A stretch of DNA of 64,000 nucleotides from an uncultured Verrucomicrobiaceae bacterium (GCA_964473925.1 CAYYVW010000007.1:37205-101204), one strand, 5' to 3'; numbered from the stretch's first letter, positions 9,247 to 19,765 are shown. Program-made: numbers and translations. The notes: generated by a model not told the origin, from the letters alone.

Positions 9247-10758
9247 ATGCGCCCAGCTAAATCTCCCGCTGTGACTTCTCTCTCGGCTGTTGAAAATGCG
9301 GCGCCGCCGAAGCCACGAGATGAATGCGGCGTGTTCGCCGTCTATGGCCATCCTAAAGCGGCTGAGCTCACCTACTACGGTCTTTACGCTTTGCAGCACC
9401 GCGGTCAGGAAAGCGCGGGAATTGTTACGGCGGACGATGCAGGAACCGAATTCCACGTTCATAAGGGCATGGGGCTTGTCCCCCAGGTCTTTAACGAATC
9501 CACACTCCAATCGCTCACCGGAACCCGGGCGATTGGCCACGTCCGTTACTCGACCACTGGTTCTAGCGTTTTAAAAAATGCGCAACCCATTGTTGTCGAT
9601 TGCGCGCGCGGCCAGATTGCAGTCGCTCACAACGGCAATCTGGTAAACGCAGACGTCCTGCGAGAAGAATTGGAAGCACGCGGCTCCATTTTTCAAACAA
9701 CAGTCGATAGCGAAGTCATTTTGCATCTCATGGCGCAGCCGTTAAATGCAAACCGAGAGAATAGCTTGGTGCATGCGATTGGCCGCATTCAAGGAGCATT
9801 CTCCTTAGTTATTCTCAGCGAGCAGGAAGTGATCGGAGTTCGAGATCCTTACGGTTTTCGCCCCCTTTCCCTGGGAAAATTGGGAAGCGCCTGGATTCTC
9901 GCAAGCGAAACCTGCGCCTTCGATTTGATTGGCGCGGAGTTTGTTCGGGATTTGGAACCAGGAGAACTGGTCATTCTCGATCAAACCGGCGTTCGGTCAC
10001 TCCAACCGTTCAGTCCTCCCGCCTGCCAAGCACTTTGCATTTTTGAGTATGTTTATTTTGCGCGACCCGATAGCCAAATCGAAGGCATCAATGTTAGCCG
10101 CTCTCGCATCCGAATGGGGGCCGAGCTCGCCCGTGAACATCCGATAGAAGCCGATTTGGTAATTCCCATCCCCGATTCAGGCAACTATGCCGCTATGGGA
10201 TACAGCGAAGCCGCCGGCATTCCCTACTCTCAAGCGTTTGTGCGCAATCACTACGTGGGCCGGACCTTTCTGCAGCCCTCGCAGGTTGTGCGCGACCTCA
10301 ACGTGCGAATTAAGCTCAATTTGATTCCCGAACTCGTTACAGGCAAACGGGTGGTTATCGTCGATGACTCTATCGTGCGTGGGACCACTTCTCGCAACCG
10401 CGTCAAAACACTGCGGCAAGCCGGCGCTCAAGAAGTGCACATTCGCATTAGTTGCCCTCCTCACCGCTTCGCCTGTTTTTACGGAATTGATTTTCCGGAT
10501 CCTGCCGATTTGATCGCCAATCAAATGTCTTTGAAGAAAATTGCCGAATACTTGGGCGCCGACAGTATCGGTTATCTTTCGATTGAAGGCTTGTCTCGGG
10601 CTGTCGGCAGGCCCGATAATAAATCCTGCACGGCGTGCTTCACGGGTAATTATCCCGTACCATTTGATCCGGATGTCAGTAAGCTGATCCTCGAAAAACG
10701 CCGAGACCGAGCGTGCCAATCGTTGGTACGCGAGGAAGAAGAATTGCCACTGTTTTAA
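9247..10758 (+). CDS. purF: Amidophosphoribosyltransferase
   Basis: Ntn Cys after a propeptide (DECGVFAVYG), PRPP-binding loop VVIVDDSIVRGTTS, Cys ligands near the C-terminus. Confidence 0.95.
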   Translation: MRPAKSPAVTSLSAVENAAPPKPRDECGVFAVYGHPKAAELTYYGLYALQHRGQESAGIVTADDAGTEFHVHKGMGLVPQVFNESTLQSLTGTRAIGHVRYSTTGSSVLKNAQPIVVDCARGQIAVAHNGNLVNADVLREELEARGSIFQTTVDSEVILHLMAQPLNANRENSLVHAIGRIQGAFSLVILSEQEVIGVRDPYGFRPLSLGKLGSAWILASETCAFDLIGAEFVRDLEPGELVILDQTGVRSLQPFSPPACQALCIFEYVYFARPDSQIEGINVSRSRIRMGAELAREHPIEADLVIPIPDSGNYAAMGYSEAAGIPYSQAFVRNHYVGRTFLQPSQVVRDLNVRIKLNLIPELVTGKRVVIVDDSIVRGTTSRNRVKTLRQAGAQEVHIRISCPPHRFACFYGIDFPDPADLIANQMSLKKIAEYLGADSIGYLSIEGLSRAVGRPDNKSCTACFTGNYPVPFDPDVSKLILEKRRDRACQSLVREEEELPLF

Positions 10759-10782
10759 CCTTTAACTCTACCTGGACGTATC

Positions 10783-11961
10783 ATGTTGCGCCTCAATCCG
10801 GATGCCCGCCCCAAGCCTAAAAAAAATTCTAACCCTAAAAAAGCATATGCTTTAGCGGGTGTGGATGTCGACCTGGGCAACCAGGTAAAGCGTCAGATTG
10901 GCAAGCTGGTTCAAAAAACACGCCGCCCCGAAGTGCTGGGACAAATCGGCGGGTTTGGCGGATTATTCCGCGCACGCTTTCCTGGTTATAAGGACCCCGT
11001 ATTGGTTTCCAGCGTCGATGGCGTTGGCAGTAAACTCAAAATCGCAGCGATGACAGGCCGTCATAATACGGTCGGGCGAGATCTGGTAAACCACTGTGTA
11101 AACGATATTGCTGCTCTGGGTGCAGATCCGCTCTTCTTTTTGGATTACTTGGGCTTAGCGAAACTCAACCCCCAAGTCTTTGAGCAAATTCTCTCCGGGC
11201 TTTCCGCCGCATGCGCGGAGTGTGGCTGCGCGTTGATCGGAGGCGAAACCGCCCAAATGCCGGATGTTTATCACGGCGAAGATTACGATCTAGTCGGCAC
11301 GATCATCGGCGTGGTGGAGCGGCGAAATATTCTCGATGGCAGCGACATTCGAGCTGGAGACATCGTTATCGGACTGCCATCTAACGGACTGCACACCAAC
11401 GGTTATACACTCGCGAGAAAGCTTTTATTCGAAGAGCATGAATTTGCGCTTCATCAAAAACCTCCAGGTTTTAATGAGTCTCTGAGTCAGGCTTTGATGG
11501 CGGTCCACACTAATTACCTGCCCATTCTACAGCAGCTGCGAAAGAAAGTTTCGCTCAAGGGAATTGCCCATATTACAGGAGGAGGATTGATTGATAATTT
11601 GCCTCGGATTCTGCCAAAAGGGACAGCGGTCACGCTGGAGATCGACGCATGGCCGAGGCCACCGCTCTTTCAGCTCTTGGCCTCTTTAAGCCAATTATCA
11701 GATACAGAACTTTATCAGACGTTCAACATGGGCATCGGCATGGCAGTCGTCGTCCGCCCACAAGATGCAAAAGAAGTGTTGGCTCGAACACCAAGCTGGC
11801 AAATTGGTAAAATCGTTAAGGGTAACGGCCGCGTTCATTTCGTGCGCCAGTCTAAGCCCTCCGTCAAAAAATCAAAAAAGGCGGCTAAGTCCATTCGGGT
11901 TATTTTATCTGCCAATAAGCGCGTAAAGGCCAAGAGTAAATTGAAGAGGCGCTCTTCGTGA
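10783..11961 (+). CDS. purM: Phosphoribosylformylglycinamidine cyclo-ligase (AIR synthetase) with Lys-rich N- and C-terminal extensions
   Basis: YALAGVDVDLGN..., SVDGVGSKLKIA, LIGGETAQMP. The roughly 38-aa tail is KPSVKKSKKAAKS...KAKSKLKRRSS. Confidence 0.9.
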   Translation: MLRLNPDARPKPKKNSNPKKAYALAGVDVDLGNQVKRQIGKLVQKTRRPEVLGQIGGFGGLFRARFPGYKDPVLVSSVDGVGSKLKIAAMTGRHNTVGRDLVNHCVNDIAALGADPLFFLDYLGLAKLNPQVFEQILSGLSAACAECGCALIGGETAQMPDVYHGEDYDLVGTIIGVVERRNILDGSDIRAGDIVIGLPSNGLHTNGYTLARKLLFEEHEFALHQKPPGFNESLSQALMAVHTNYLPILQQLRKKVSLKGIAHITGGGLIDNLPRILPKGTAVTLEIDAWPRPPLFQLLASLSQLSDTELYQTFNMGIGMAVVVRPQDAKEVLARTPSWQIGKIVKGNGRVHFVRQSKPSVKKSKKAAKSIRVILSANKRVKAKSKLKRRSS

Positions 11962-12023
11962 CGCTAGCGTGTTCTATCTCCGGGCCTATGGACGCTGCCT
12001 CCTACCCTAAGAAAAATGCTGCC

Positions 12024-13610
12024 ATGCAAAAAATGGCGCTTCTTTCTGTCTCGGATAAAACCGGATTGGTCGATTTTGCAAAAGCGCTCGCAGCCGCCGG
12101 CTATTCTCTTTTGTCAACGGGGGGAACGGCGCAGCTACTGAAGGAAGCGCATATTGAAGTCGTTGAAGTGGCGGAGTGGACAGGCGCGCCTGAATTGCTC
12201 GATGGCCGACTCAAGACGCTTCACCCCAAGGTCCATGGCAGCATCCTCTGGAAACGTGATGATGCCAAACATGCCGAACAAGTGACTGAACAGGATTTTG
12301 GCTCAATTGATTTGACGGTCATCAACTTATATCCGTTTGAAAAAACTATCGCATCACCGGGTTGCACGCGCGAACAGGCGATTGAAATGATTGATATTGG
12401 CGGGCCCGCCATGATCCGTAGCGCGGCCAAAAATCATGCGCATGTGACCGTTGTCGTTGACTCTGGAGATTATGGTCGTGTTGCAGACGCATTAAATAAA
12501 AATGGAGAAGTCCCCGCAGCCCTTAGACGAGAACTTGCGACCAAGGCTTTTGAAATCACCAGTCGCTACGATGCTGCTATTGCCAATTATTTGAACAAAA
12601 ATACTAATGTGCCAACGCCGACTGTTCCCTCGTCAGATTCATTGCCAGAACACTTAACATTAAATTTGCACCGCATACAACCCCTCCGCTATGGAGAAAA
12701 TCCTCATCAACAAGCTGCGCGCTATCAAATCCTCTCACCTGACAACCGGGAACCATTTGTCCAGCTCCATGGCAAGGAGCTCTCTTATAATAACTGGCTG
12801 GATATTGCAGCCGCCGCTGGATTAATTCAAGAATTTACCGATCAACCTCCCACAGTAGGCATTTTTAAACATACCAATCCCTGCGGCGTAGGAACGAGCG
12901 CGACGCTGCTAGAAGCTTGGGAACGCGCTTTTGCAACAGATCAACAGGCTCCCTTTGGCGGGATCATTGCGGTCAATTATCCGTTAGATTTGGCAACTGC
13001 TACAGCAATCGGTGAAATCTTCTCTGAAGTCATTATCGCGCCAGAATTTCATCCGGACGCTTTGGATCGATTGCGTCTTAAAAAGAATCTTCGTTTGGTA
13101 CAAAATAAGTCAGCGGCGTCCAGGACAGTGCAAAATGAGTTTCAAGCCAGATCGATAGGATTTGATCAAATTCTCGTCCAAAATTCAGATCCCCTCATCA
13201 CCTCTAACGCTCGAATAGATTGGAAAGTAGTCACAAAACGAGCACCGACCGAACAGGAATGGCATGATCTCATGTTCGCATGGCGTATTGCCAAGCACGT
13301 CAAATCCAATGCTATTGTTTACGCACGGGATAGCCGCACGCTGGGGATTGGTGCTGGGCAAATGTCGCGGATCGACGCCTCTCGATTGGCTGTCTGGAAA
13401 GCACAAAATGCAGCGCTTTCACTTAAAAAAAGCGTTGTGGCGTCAGACGCATTTTTCCCATTTTCCGATGGCCTATTAGCAGCGGCAGAAGCGGGTGCGA
13501 TCGCTGTAATACAGCCCGGAGGCAGCGTTCGAGATTCAGAAGTCATTGAAGCCGCGGACGCAAAAGGAATGGCAATGGTTTTCACTGGTCGACGCCATTT
13601 TCGACACTAA
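12024..13610 (+). CDS. purH: Bifunctional AICAR transformylase / IMP cyclohydrolase
   Basis: The ORF is open from 11958. The ATG at 12024 precedes the conserved MGS-like start MQKMALLSVSDKTGLVDFAK. The C-terminal FTGRRHFRH is typical of PurH. Confidence 0.9.
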   Translation: MQKMALLSVSDKTGLVDFAKALAAAGYSLLSTGGTAQLLKEAHIEVVEVAEWTGAPELLDGRLKTLHPKVHGSILWKRDDAKHAEQVTEQDFGSIDLTVINLYPFEKTIASPGCTREQAIEMIDIGGPAMIRSAAKNHAHVTVVVDSGDYGRVADALNKNGEVPAALRRELATKAFEITSRYDAAIANYLNKNTNVPTPTVPSSDSLPEHLTLNLHRIQPLRYGENPHQQAARYQILSPDNREPFVQLHGKELSYNNWLDIAAAAGLIQEFTDQPPTVGIFKHTNPCGVGTSATLLEAWERAFATDQQAPFGGIIAVNYPLDLATATAIGEIFSEVIIAPEFHPDALDRLRLKKNLRLVQNKSAASRTVQNEFQARSIGFDQILVQNSDPLITSNARIDWKVVTKRAPTEQEWHDLMFAWRIAKHVKSNAIVYARDSRTLGIGAGQMSRIDASRLAVWKAQNAALSLKKSVVASDAFFPFSDGLLAAAEAGAIAVIQPGGSVRDSEVIEAADAKGMAMVFTGRRHFRH

Positions 13611-13619
13611 GTTGACGGC

Positions 13620-15413
13620 ATGGGTCGTTACACACAGGCATTTGATCAGCCGCTGCCGAAAGCCCCTCTCAATCGTCTTGCGTGGCCGGCTGTTGTGTGG
13701 CTAGCGCATTATTGGCGCGCTCATAAAAAAACCGTTCTCACCGGCGGGCTGGCGCTCATTATTTCAACCGGGTTCGGATTGGCCTTCCCCGCCCTGGCAG
13801 GGCTTTTGATTGATGCGGGGACCCAAACTGGAAGACCCGACCTGATTATTTCAATCGTTATCAAATTATTTTTAGCGCTCGCGCTGCAAGCGAGTTTTTC
13901 TTTTTTACAAACCCTCCAATTCAATCGCGCCGGAGAACGCGCCGTTGCCTCGCTCAGGTCGGATATTTTCGATCGCTTGGTGCGACTGCCCATGTCTTTT
14001 TTTGCCAAGCGCCGCGTGGGAGAGCTTGCCAACCGCCTTGCCGCCGATTTGGCGCAAATTCAAGATACTTTAATTATTACAGTACCGCACATCTCCCGTC
14101 AGCTACTGCTGCTGCTTGGATCTCTGGCACTGTTGATGACCACTTCCCTCTACTTGACCGCGCTCATGTTAGCCTGTGTGCCCTTAGCTGTGATCGCAGC
14201 CAAGTTGTTTGGAACAAAAATTAGAGCCCAATCGCGAGAAGCCCAAGATTCTTTAGCTCAGACAGCAACGGTCGTGGAAGAAGTTTTGCAAAGCATTCCA
14301 ACCGTTAAAGCCTTTGGTAATGAAAGGTATGAAAGCAGGCGATATAAGACGGAGCTGGATCGATTTGTCCAAATTGTAATCCGAGGAGCCCGGTATCGAG
14401 CGGGCTTTATTTCTTTTTTAATTTTCGTCTTATTCGGCGCGATCGTCGTGGTCCTGGGGTACGGAGCAAATTTAATGCAGCATGGCGCAATGTCAGTAGG
14501 CCAACTGACTCAATTTCTGCTTTATACAATGTTTGTTGCAGGAGCTTTGGCCTCTTTAGGAGAAGGATACGCCCAACTTCAACGTACTATTGGCGCAACT
14601 CAACGCATTCAAGAACTAGCAAACGAAACGCCCGAATCAATTGCCGCTGCAGCTACTCCCAATCCAAAACCTTTGGAACCTGAAGTGATTTTTGAAAATG
14701 TTTCTTTTGCTTATCCCAATCGCCCCACAGCCTCGGTACTACAAAACATTTCGCTTCACATAAAAGCAGGAGAAACGTTGGCGCTCGTAGGCCCAAGCGG
14801 TGCCGGCAAGAGCACGCTGATGAATCTGCTTCTGCGCTTTTATGATCCTACCTCAGGTAAAATTTTCCTAGGCAATACCCCGCTAGAGGGACTCCCTTTA
14901 GAAACAGTACGAGCACAATTTGCTATTGTTCCGCAAGAGCCGATGCTCTTTGGAGGCACTATCACCGAAAATATCGCGTACGGCCGACCAGAGGCCAGTC
15001 CCAATCAAATCGAGCAAGCAGCAAAGTCAGCGAATGTCGACGAATTTGCCCTCAAACTTCCAGAACAATATAATACGCTTTTAGGAGAACGCGGACTCCA
15101 ACTTTCTGGAGGTCAGAGACAGCGCATTGCGCTGGCGCGGGCACTTCTAAAAAATGCTCCTATTCTTATCCTGGATGAAGCAACCAGCGCGCTGGACGCA
15201 GAAAACGAACGCCTGATTCAAGAAGCCATTGGACGGATTCGCCAAGAAAGAACCGTTATTGTGATCGCTCATCGCCTTTCTACCATCCGGTCGGCTGATC
15301 GCATCGCCGTATTACAACACGGCAAGATCGTCGACATCGGCTCGCACGCCGAGCTCATGAATAAATCAGATGGCATTTACGCTAAACTCGTAAGCTTACA
15401 GCTCGAAGTTTAA
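13620..15413 (+). CDS. ABC exporter, fused TMD-NBD (ABCB/MsbA-like)
   Basis: 597 aa with six predicted TM segments. Walker A GPSGAGKST, signature LSGGQRQRIALAR, Walker B ILILDEATSALD. Confidence 0.85.
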   Translation: MGRYTQAFDQPLPKAPLNRLAWPAVVWLAHYWRAHKKTVLTGGLALIISTGFGLAFPALAGLLIDAGTQTGRPDLIISIVIKLFLALALQASFSFLQTLQFNRAGERAVASLRSDIFDRLVRLPMSFFAKRRVGELANRLAADLAQIQDTLIITVPHISRQLLLLLGSLALLMTTSLYLTALMLACVPLAVIAAKLFGTKIRAQSREAQDSLAQTATVVEEVLQSIPTVKAFGNERYESRRYKTELDRFVQIVIRGARYRAGFISFLIFVLFGAIVVVLGYGANLMQHGAMSVGQLTQFLLYTMFVAGALASLGEGYAQLQRTIGATQRIQELANETPESIAAAATPNPKPLEPEVIFENVSFAYPNRPTASVLQNISLHIKAGETLALVGPSGAGKSTLMNLLLRFYDPTSGKIFLGNTPLEGLPLETVRAQFAIVPQEPMLFGGTITENIAYGRPEASPNQIEQAAKSANVDEFALKLPEQYNTLLGERGLQLSGGQRQRIALARALLKNAPILILDEATSALDAENERLIQEAIGRIRQERTVIVIAHRLSTIRSADRIAVLQHGKIVDIGSHAELMNKSDGIYAKLVSLQLEV

Positions 15414-15414
15414 C

Positions 15415-15933
15415 CTAGGGGCCAGCCGGAAGAATAATATCCGCCAGCTTCCAAGAAAAAAGAGAGCGTCTTTTAAAAACAAATTGCACCGGATCCCGTG
15501 CATTGGTTGTCGCCGTTGCTATAAATGTTTCTAAATTTTGCCACCGTAAACCGATATCGTGACGGGGCTGCTTTTCGAGTCGCGCTCCTTGCAATCCGAA
15601 TCCACGCAAAGCTGTGCGACTGGACGAAAGCGCTTCCAATCCTTCGTTCGTTACTAGTAGCGCCGCTACTTGATCGGGCGTCCGTGTGGCTGATAGCCCG
15701 CCGATTAGTTGTGTCAGCGGGCGTCGCGGATCAGATACACGCAAAAGTGCAGCGCGCGTCTGAAGCTGTCGCGCCAAGCTTTTTTGTAATGCCGTCTTTT
15801 CAAGACAAGATTCGATCCGTGTTTGATCACTTTCTTCAACTGCCATTTGAAGACTAAGACCCGTTAAATAAGGCGAAGCGACAAACCAGCCTCCTAATCC
15901 AAGCGCCGCAATTCCGATCAAAAATCGTAGCAT
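15415..15933 (-). CDS. Hypothetical N-terminally anchored protein (DUF2939-like)
   Basis: 172 aa. TM/signal MLRFLIGIAALGLGGWFVASPY followed by a pattern I associate with DUF2939. Weak recognition. Confidence 0.4.
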   Translation of the reverse strand: MLRFLIGIAALGLGGWFVASPYLTGLSLQMAVEESDQTRIESCLEKTALQKSLARQLQTRAALLRVSDPRRPLTQLIGGLSATRTPDQVAALLVTNEGLEALSSSRTALRGFGLQGARLEKQPRHDIGLRWQNLETFIATATTNARDPVQFVFKRRSLFSWKLADIILPAGP

Positions 15934-15942
15934 TTGACGAAA

Positions 15943-16608
15943 TTAGAGATCCGTTTGGGTGCCTGTCAATGCCGCCGCTAATTGCGCCCCCAGTTTTTCA
16001 CGAACCGCTTCATCTAAATCTGCAGGGACGCACAACGGCGAACTCATCACCAAACGCAAATGTGTAAATGGCTGCGGCACGGCAAACTGATCCCAACTCG
16101 ACATGCGCCAAGCGCGCGTATACTCGAACCTCATTGGAATGATGGGAGCTTGAGTGTAGCGGGCCAATTCTAGCACCCCCCATTGCAATGCGTGCCGCGG
16201 ACCTCGAGGCCCATCAGGCGTAATCGCAAGGCTGTACTTTTGATTGCGCACCGCTCGAACCGCTTCCCGCAGAACTGACATGGGATGCTTAAAACTTGAG
16301 CCCCGCACGCTCTCTATTCCAAAACGTTCTGCAGTATCCGCAATTAATTGTCCGTCACGGCTAGGGCTAATCATTGCCTTAGCGCGTCGAGGAGCAAGGT
16401 AGCGTTGATAAACATAAGGCATGGTTCCCAGGTGCTCGTGCCAAAACGCAAAAATAACAGGCGTTTCCAAATTAAACGATAAAACACCCGCATCATCTTG
16501 CAACTCGATGCGCAATGTTCGTCCCAGTACTTTAAAAATAAGCGCAATGGCCGCTATCTGACGCCGATATAGCCATTGCCGAAGCAGAGACTTGGAAACG
16601 GCTGACAT
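15943..16608 (-). CDS. DUF374 / lysophospholipid-acyltransferase-like protein
   Basis: 221 aa. VIFAFWHEHLGTMPYV and ITPDGPRGPRH resemble the DUF374 family, which is often linked to lipid A/Kdo genes. Confidence 0.6.
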   Translation of the reverse strand: MSAVSKSLLRQWLYRRQIAAIALIFKVLGRTLRIELQDDAGVLSFNLETPVIFAFWHEHLGTMPYVYQRYLAPRRAKAMISPSRDGQLIADTAERFGIESVRGSSFKHPMSVLREAVRAVRNQKYSLAITPDGPRGPRHALQWGVLELARYTQAPIIPMRFEYTRAWRMSSWDQFAVPQPFTHLRLVMSSPLCVPADLDEAVREKLGAQLAAALTGTQTDL

Positions 16609-16652
16609 TGTATTGAAATTAAAACAGCCACTCGCACCATTTCAAGTAGGGC

Positions 16653-18107
16653 TTACATCTTCGGCTTGAGTAAAGGAAACAGAATGACATCTCGGATCGA
16701 TTCTGCGCCAGTCAACGTCATAACAAATCGATCGATACCAAAGCCAATGCCCCCCGCCGGCGGCATCCCATACTCCAGCGCCGTGAGAAAATCTTCGTCC
16801 AACATTTGAACTTCATCTCCAATTTGTTCCACGAGACGATTTCGTTGGACAATCGGATCATTCAGTTCGCTATAGCCCGTCCCCACTTCCTGGCCCGCGA
16901 TAATCAAATCAAACACATCGATTACATCCGGATCCTCCGCATTTTGCTTTGCCAATGGAATTAAATGCTTGGGTACATGCGTTACAAAAACGGGATTCAT
17001 AATCTTGGACTCCACCATTTTTTCGAAAACTTGATGTGTGACTTCATGATCCGCCATCGCTGGACTCAAGTGCACCGCCCAAGCCTCGGCTTTCGCACGA
17101 CGCGCTTCAGGAGTAAGATCAAACCAATCCGCACCTGCCACTTCTCGAACCAGATCTTTGTATCGCTGCCTGGGCCAAGGAGGCGTTAAGTCCAAAGCGG
17201 GGCGGCCAGGACTCGCTTCTGTGGCTGGTATCGCTGGAATTTTTAAGGAGCCCAAAACATTTTGAGCCACGGCACAGCTCATCGACTCCATCAAATGCGC
17301 CATGCTTTCGAAATTTTCATACGCCCAATAAATTTCGAGCATTGTGAATTCCGGATTATGACGCCTGGAAAGTCCTTCATTACGAAAATTGCGATTGAGC
17401 TCGAAGATTTTCTCAAAACCGCCCACAAGGAGTCGTTTGAGAAAAAGCTCCGGCGCAATGCGCAAGTAAAGTGGGATGTCCAACGCATTGTGATGTGTAA
17501 CAAACGGCTTGGCCGCTGCGCCTCCGGCGATCGTTTGCATCATCGGGGTCTCCACTTCGAGAAAATCCTTTTGTTCAAGGAAGCGTCGCATCTCCCAAAC
17601 AATTCGACTACGTTGCATCATGATATTGCGCGCGTCATCATTGACGATCATGTCCAGATAACGCTGCCGGTAACGCGCCTCCACATCCGCCAGTCCATAC
17701 CATTGCGTCGGAATCGGCCGGAGGGCCTTTGAAAGAATGCACTGATGAGTCACTCGAATTGTCTTCTCTCCCGTTTTGGTCATGAAAAGCGTTCCTTCAA
17801 CACCGATAAAATCACCCAGATCCAACAGTTTCCAGTCATCAAAATTTTCTCCCAATGCTTCTTTTTGAGCATAAATCTGCAACTTGCCGGTGCTATCGAG
17901 AATGTGAGCAAATACCGCTTTGCCCATGGGCCGCAGCGAAATCAGCCGGCCAGCGGCGCGAACGCTTTTCTCTTCTTGATAATCTGCAACGATCCGCGCG
18001 TTAGACTGCGTGTCCGCGAATTGTTGCCCAAAGGGATCGATGCCACGCGTGCGCCACGCCTGCAGCTTCTCACGCCGTAGCCGTAATAGTTCTGAGTCTT
18101 CTTCCAT
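16653..18107 (-). CDS. lysS: Lysine--tRNA ligase (class II)
   Basis: 484 aa. OB-fold N-domain and class II motifs (FRNEGLSRRHNPEFTMLE, GGIGFGIDRFVM). Confidence 0.95.
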   Translation of the reverse strand: MEEDSELLRLRREKLQAWRTRGIDPFGQQFADTQSNARIVADYQEEKSVRAAGRLISLRPMGKAVFAHILDSTGKLQIYAQKEALGENFDDWKLLDLGDFIGVEGTLFMTKTGEKTIRVTHQCILSKALRPIPTQWYGLADVEARYRQRYLDMIVNDDARNIMMQRSRIVWEMRRFLEQKDFLEVETPMMQTIAGGAAAKPFVTHHNALDIPLYLRIAPELFLKRLLVGGFEKIFELNRNFRNEGLSRRHNPEFTMLEIYWAYENFESMAHLMESMSCAVAQNVLGSLKIPAIPATEASPGRPALDLTPPWPRQRYKDLVREVAGADWFDLTPEARRAKAEAWAVHLSPAMADHEVTHQVFEKMVESKIMNPVFVTHVPKHLIPLAKQNAEDPDVIDVFDLIIAGQEVGTGYSELNDPIVQRNRLVEQIGDEVQMLDEDFLTALEYGMPPAGGIGFGIDRFVMTLTGAESIRDVILFPLLKPKM

Positions 18108-18217
18108 GATGGCTTCCTGAGCCAGCAGAATAAAATCCCGCCAGCGCGAAGCAATCCTATATATAACTCAAGCAACCGCTCTTGAGTATTGTATTCGCCG
18201 ATGCTACGGTGCTCACC

Positions 18218-18874
18218 ATGCAGATTTTTATCGATACGGGCAGCACTGACGAAGTTCGCGATGCCGCTGCAATGGGACTGATTGATGGCGTTACCACGAA
18301 CCCATCACTTGCAGCAAAAAGCGGAAAGCCTTTTCGTCAATTAATTGAAGAAATTACAAAAATTATTGACGGCCCGGTCAGCGCTGAGGTTATTTCGACA
18401 ACCGCGGACCAAATGATCGAAGAAGGCCGGCATGTTGCGCGCTGGCACAAGAATGTGGTGGTAAAGATTCCTTTGATCGCAGAAGGCTTGAAGGCGGTAC
18501 GCGTATTAACTGGCGAGGGCATTCGAACCAACGTCACGCTTTGTTTTTCTTCCAGCCAAGCACTCTTGGCGGCAAAAGCTGGGGCGACTTATATCAGTCC
18601 TTTTGTAGGACGGCTGGATGATATCAGCGCAGACGGCATGCAGTTGATCCGTGATATTCGTCTCATCTACGATAATTATCAAATTAAGACAAAAATTCTC
18701 ACCGCTTCCATTCGCCATCCCTTGCATTTTGTGGAAGCAGCAAAAATTGGCAGCGATGTCGTCACCGTTCCTTGGCCGGTCCTAAAAGGCTTAATTGAGC
18801 ATCCGCTCACGCAGACTGGCTTAGAAAAATTCCTGGCAGACTGGAAAAAATCTGGAGCATCCATTACCGCTTAA
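18218..18874 (+). CDS. tal: Short-form transaldolase / fructose-6-phosphate aldolase family
   Basis: The ATG at 18218 gives [31 protein letters not shown]. Schiff-base Lys region is [12 protein letters not shown]. Confidence 0.9.
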   Translation: MQIFIDTGSTDEVRDAAAMGLIDGVTTNPSLAAKSGKPFRQLIEEITKIIDGPVSAEVISTTADQMIEEGRHVARWHKNVVVKIPLIAEGLKAVRVLTGEGIRTNVTLCFSSSQALLAAKAGATYISPFVGRLDDISADGMQLIRDIRLIYDNYQIKTKILTASIRHPLHFVEAAKIGSDVVTVPWPVLKGLIEHPLTQTGLEKFLADWKKSGASITA

Positions 18875-18886
18875 ACCGCTTCGCTA

Positions 18887-19765
18887 CTAGTATCGAATAA
18901 CAATACTATTGCCAACACTGACACGAGTTTGTTTGGCCGCTGAGCCGCTTGCCGTCATTAACTGCAAGTAGCCAAATTCATTGAAAATCGCACAGAGGCG
19001 ATCCGAAGGGCTTCCTCCTATATTTTTAATCAACGGTCCTACATGCGTTTGTCCGTTAATCGTAAGGCGAAGCAGTTGATCCTGATGTAATGCCCCCACC
19101 AATCCTGAAGTCAAGTTGGTCACCACGTAGCCTTGGGGGCTAATCCAAATCACCTCAGCAGTAACTGTGTTTCCCGCTACCACAGGCGGCTTCATGGAAA
19201 GGACAGCTAATTCATTTTTTCTGACGCTCGAACCCATCGTTTCAGGTCTTGTGCCAGAAGCCAATCGGGCTGCAACGGGAGCTAAAATATCACGCACAAT
19301 ATCCGAACCACCGGACTGCCCATTACGATAAAAATCAGGCTTGTTTAACCGCCATGCGCGCGCAAATCCTTCGTGCTGGGCGATCAACGCAATCACCCCG
19401 TTGTCGGGTGCCAGATAAAATTTACCGGCAGTCGTGCTCAAGAGGATAGGAGCCACGCCTTCTGCATGCTCCAGTGAAAGTCCGACTACAAAAATAGACC
19501 CTGCCGGGTATGGGGAGGCAGCGTGCAAAGCCAAATAAGCAGAAGAAGCCGCGGGCAACACTTCTGGCAAGCGCAGCACTTCAACAGCACGCGTTCCCGG
19601 TGACGTATGGTACTGAGCGCCCTCTGCTTGTGCCAATGTGGATTCATGCATGCCTGCAACCAACCAGCCCACCAGTGGTGTTTCATTGGAAGCACGGCGC
19701 ATGCATCCGATTTCCATGACGGCCAGAGCGGTACAAATGCAAAAAATCGCCCAAAATCGAGTCAT
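18887..19765 (-). CDS. Exported/anchored protein distantly resembling the SAM hydroxide adenosyltransferase (DUF62) fold
   Basis: The ORF track start (19939) would overlap divergent polX. The internal ATG at 19765 gives MTRFWAIFCICTALAVMEIGC (signal or lipoprotein-like). YLAPDNGVIALI and DIVRDILAPVAARLASG echo DUF62 motifs, but the N-terminal DFG-type motif is absent. Confidence 0.4.
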   Translation of the reverse strand: MTRFWAIFCICTALAVMEIGCMRRASNETPLVGWLVAGMHESTLAQAEGAQYHTSPGTRAVEVLRLPEVLPAASSAYLALHAASPYPAGSIFVVGLSLEHAEGVAPILLSTTAGKFYLAPDNGVIALIAQHEGFARAWRLNKPDFYRNGQSGGSDIVRDILAPVAARLASGTRPETMGSSVRKNELAVLSMKPPVVAGNTVTAEVIWISPQGYVVTNLTSGLVGALHQDQLLRLTINGQTHVGPLIKNIGGSPSDRLCAIFNEFGYLQLMTASGSAAKQTRVSVGNSIVIRY

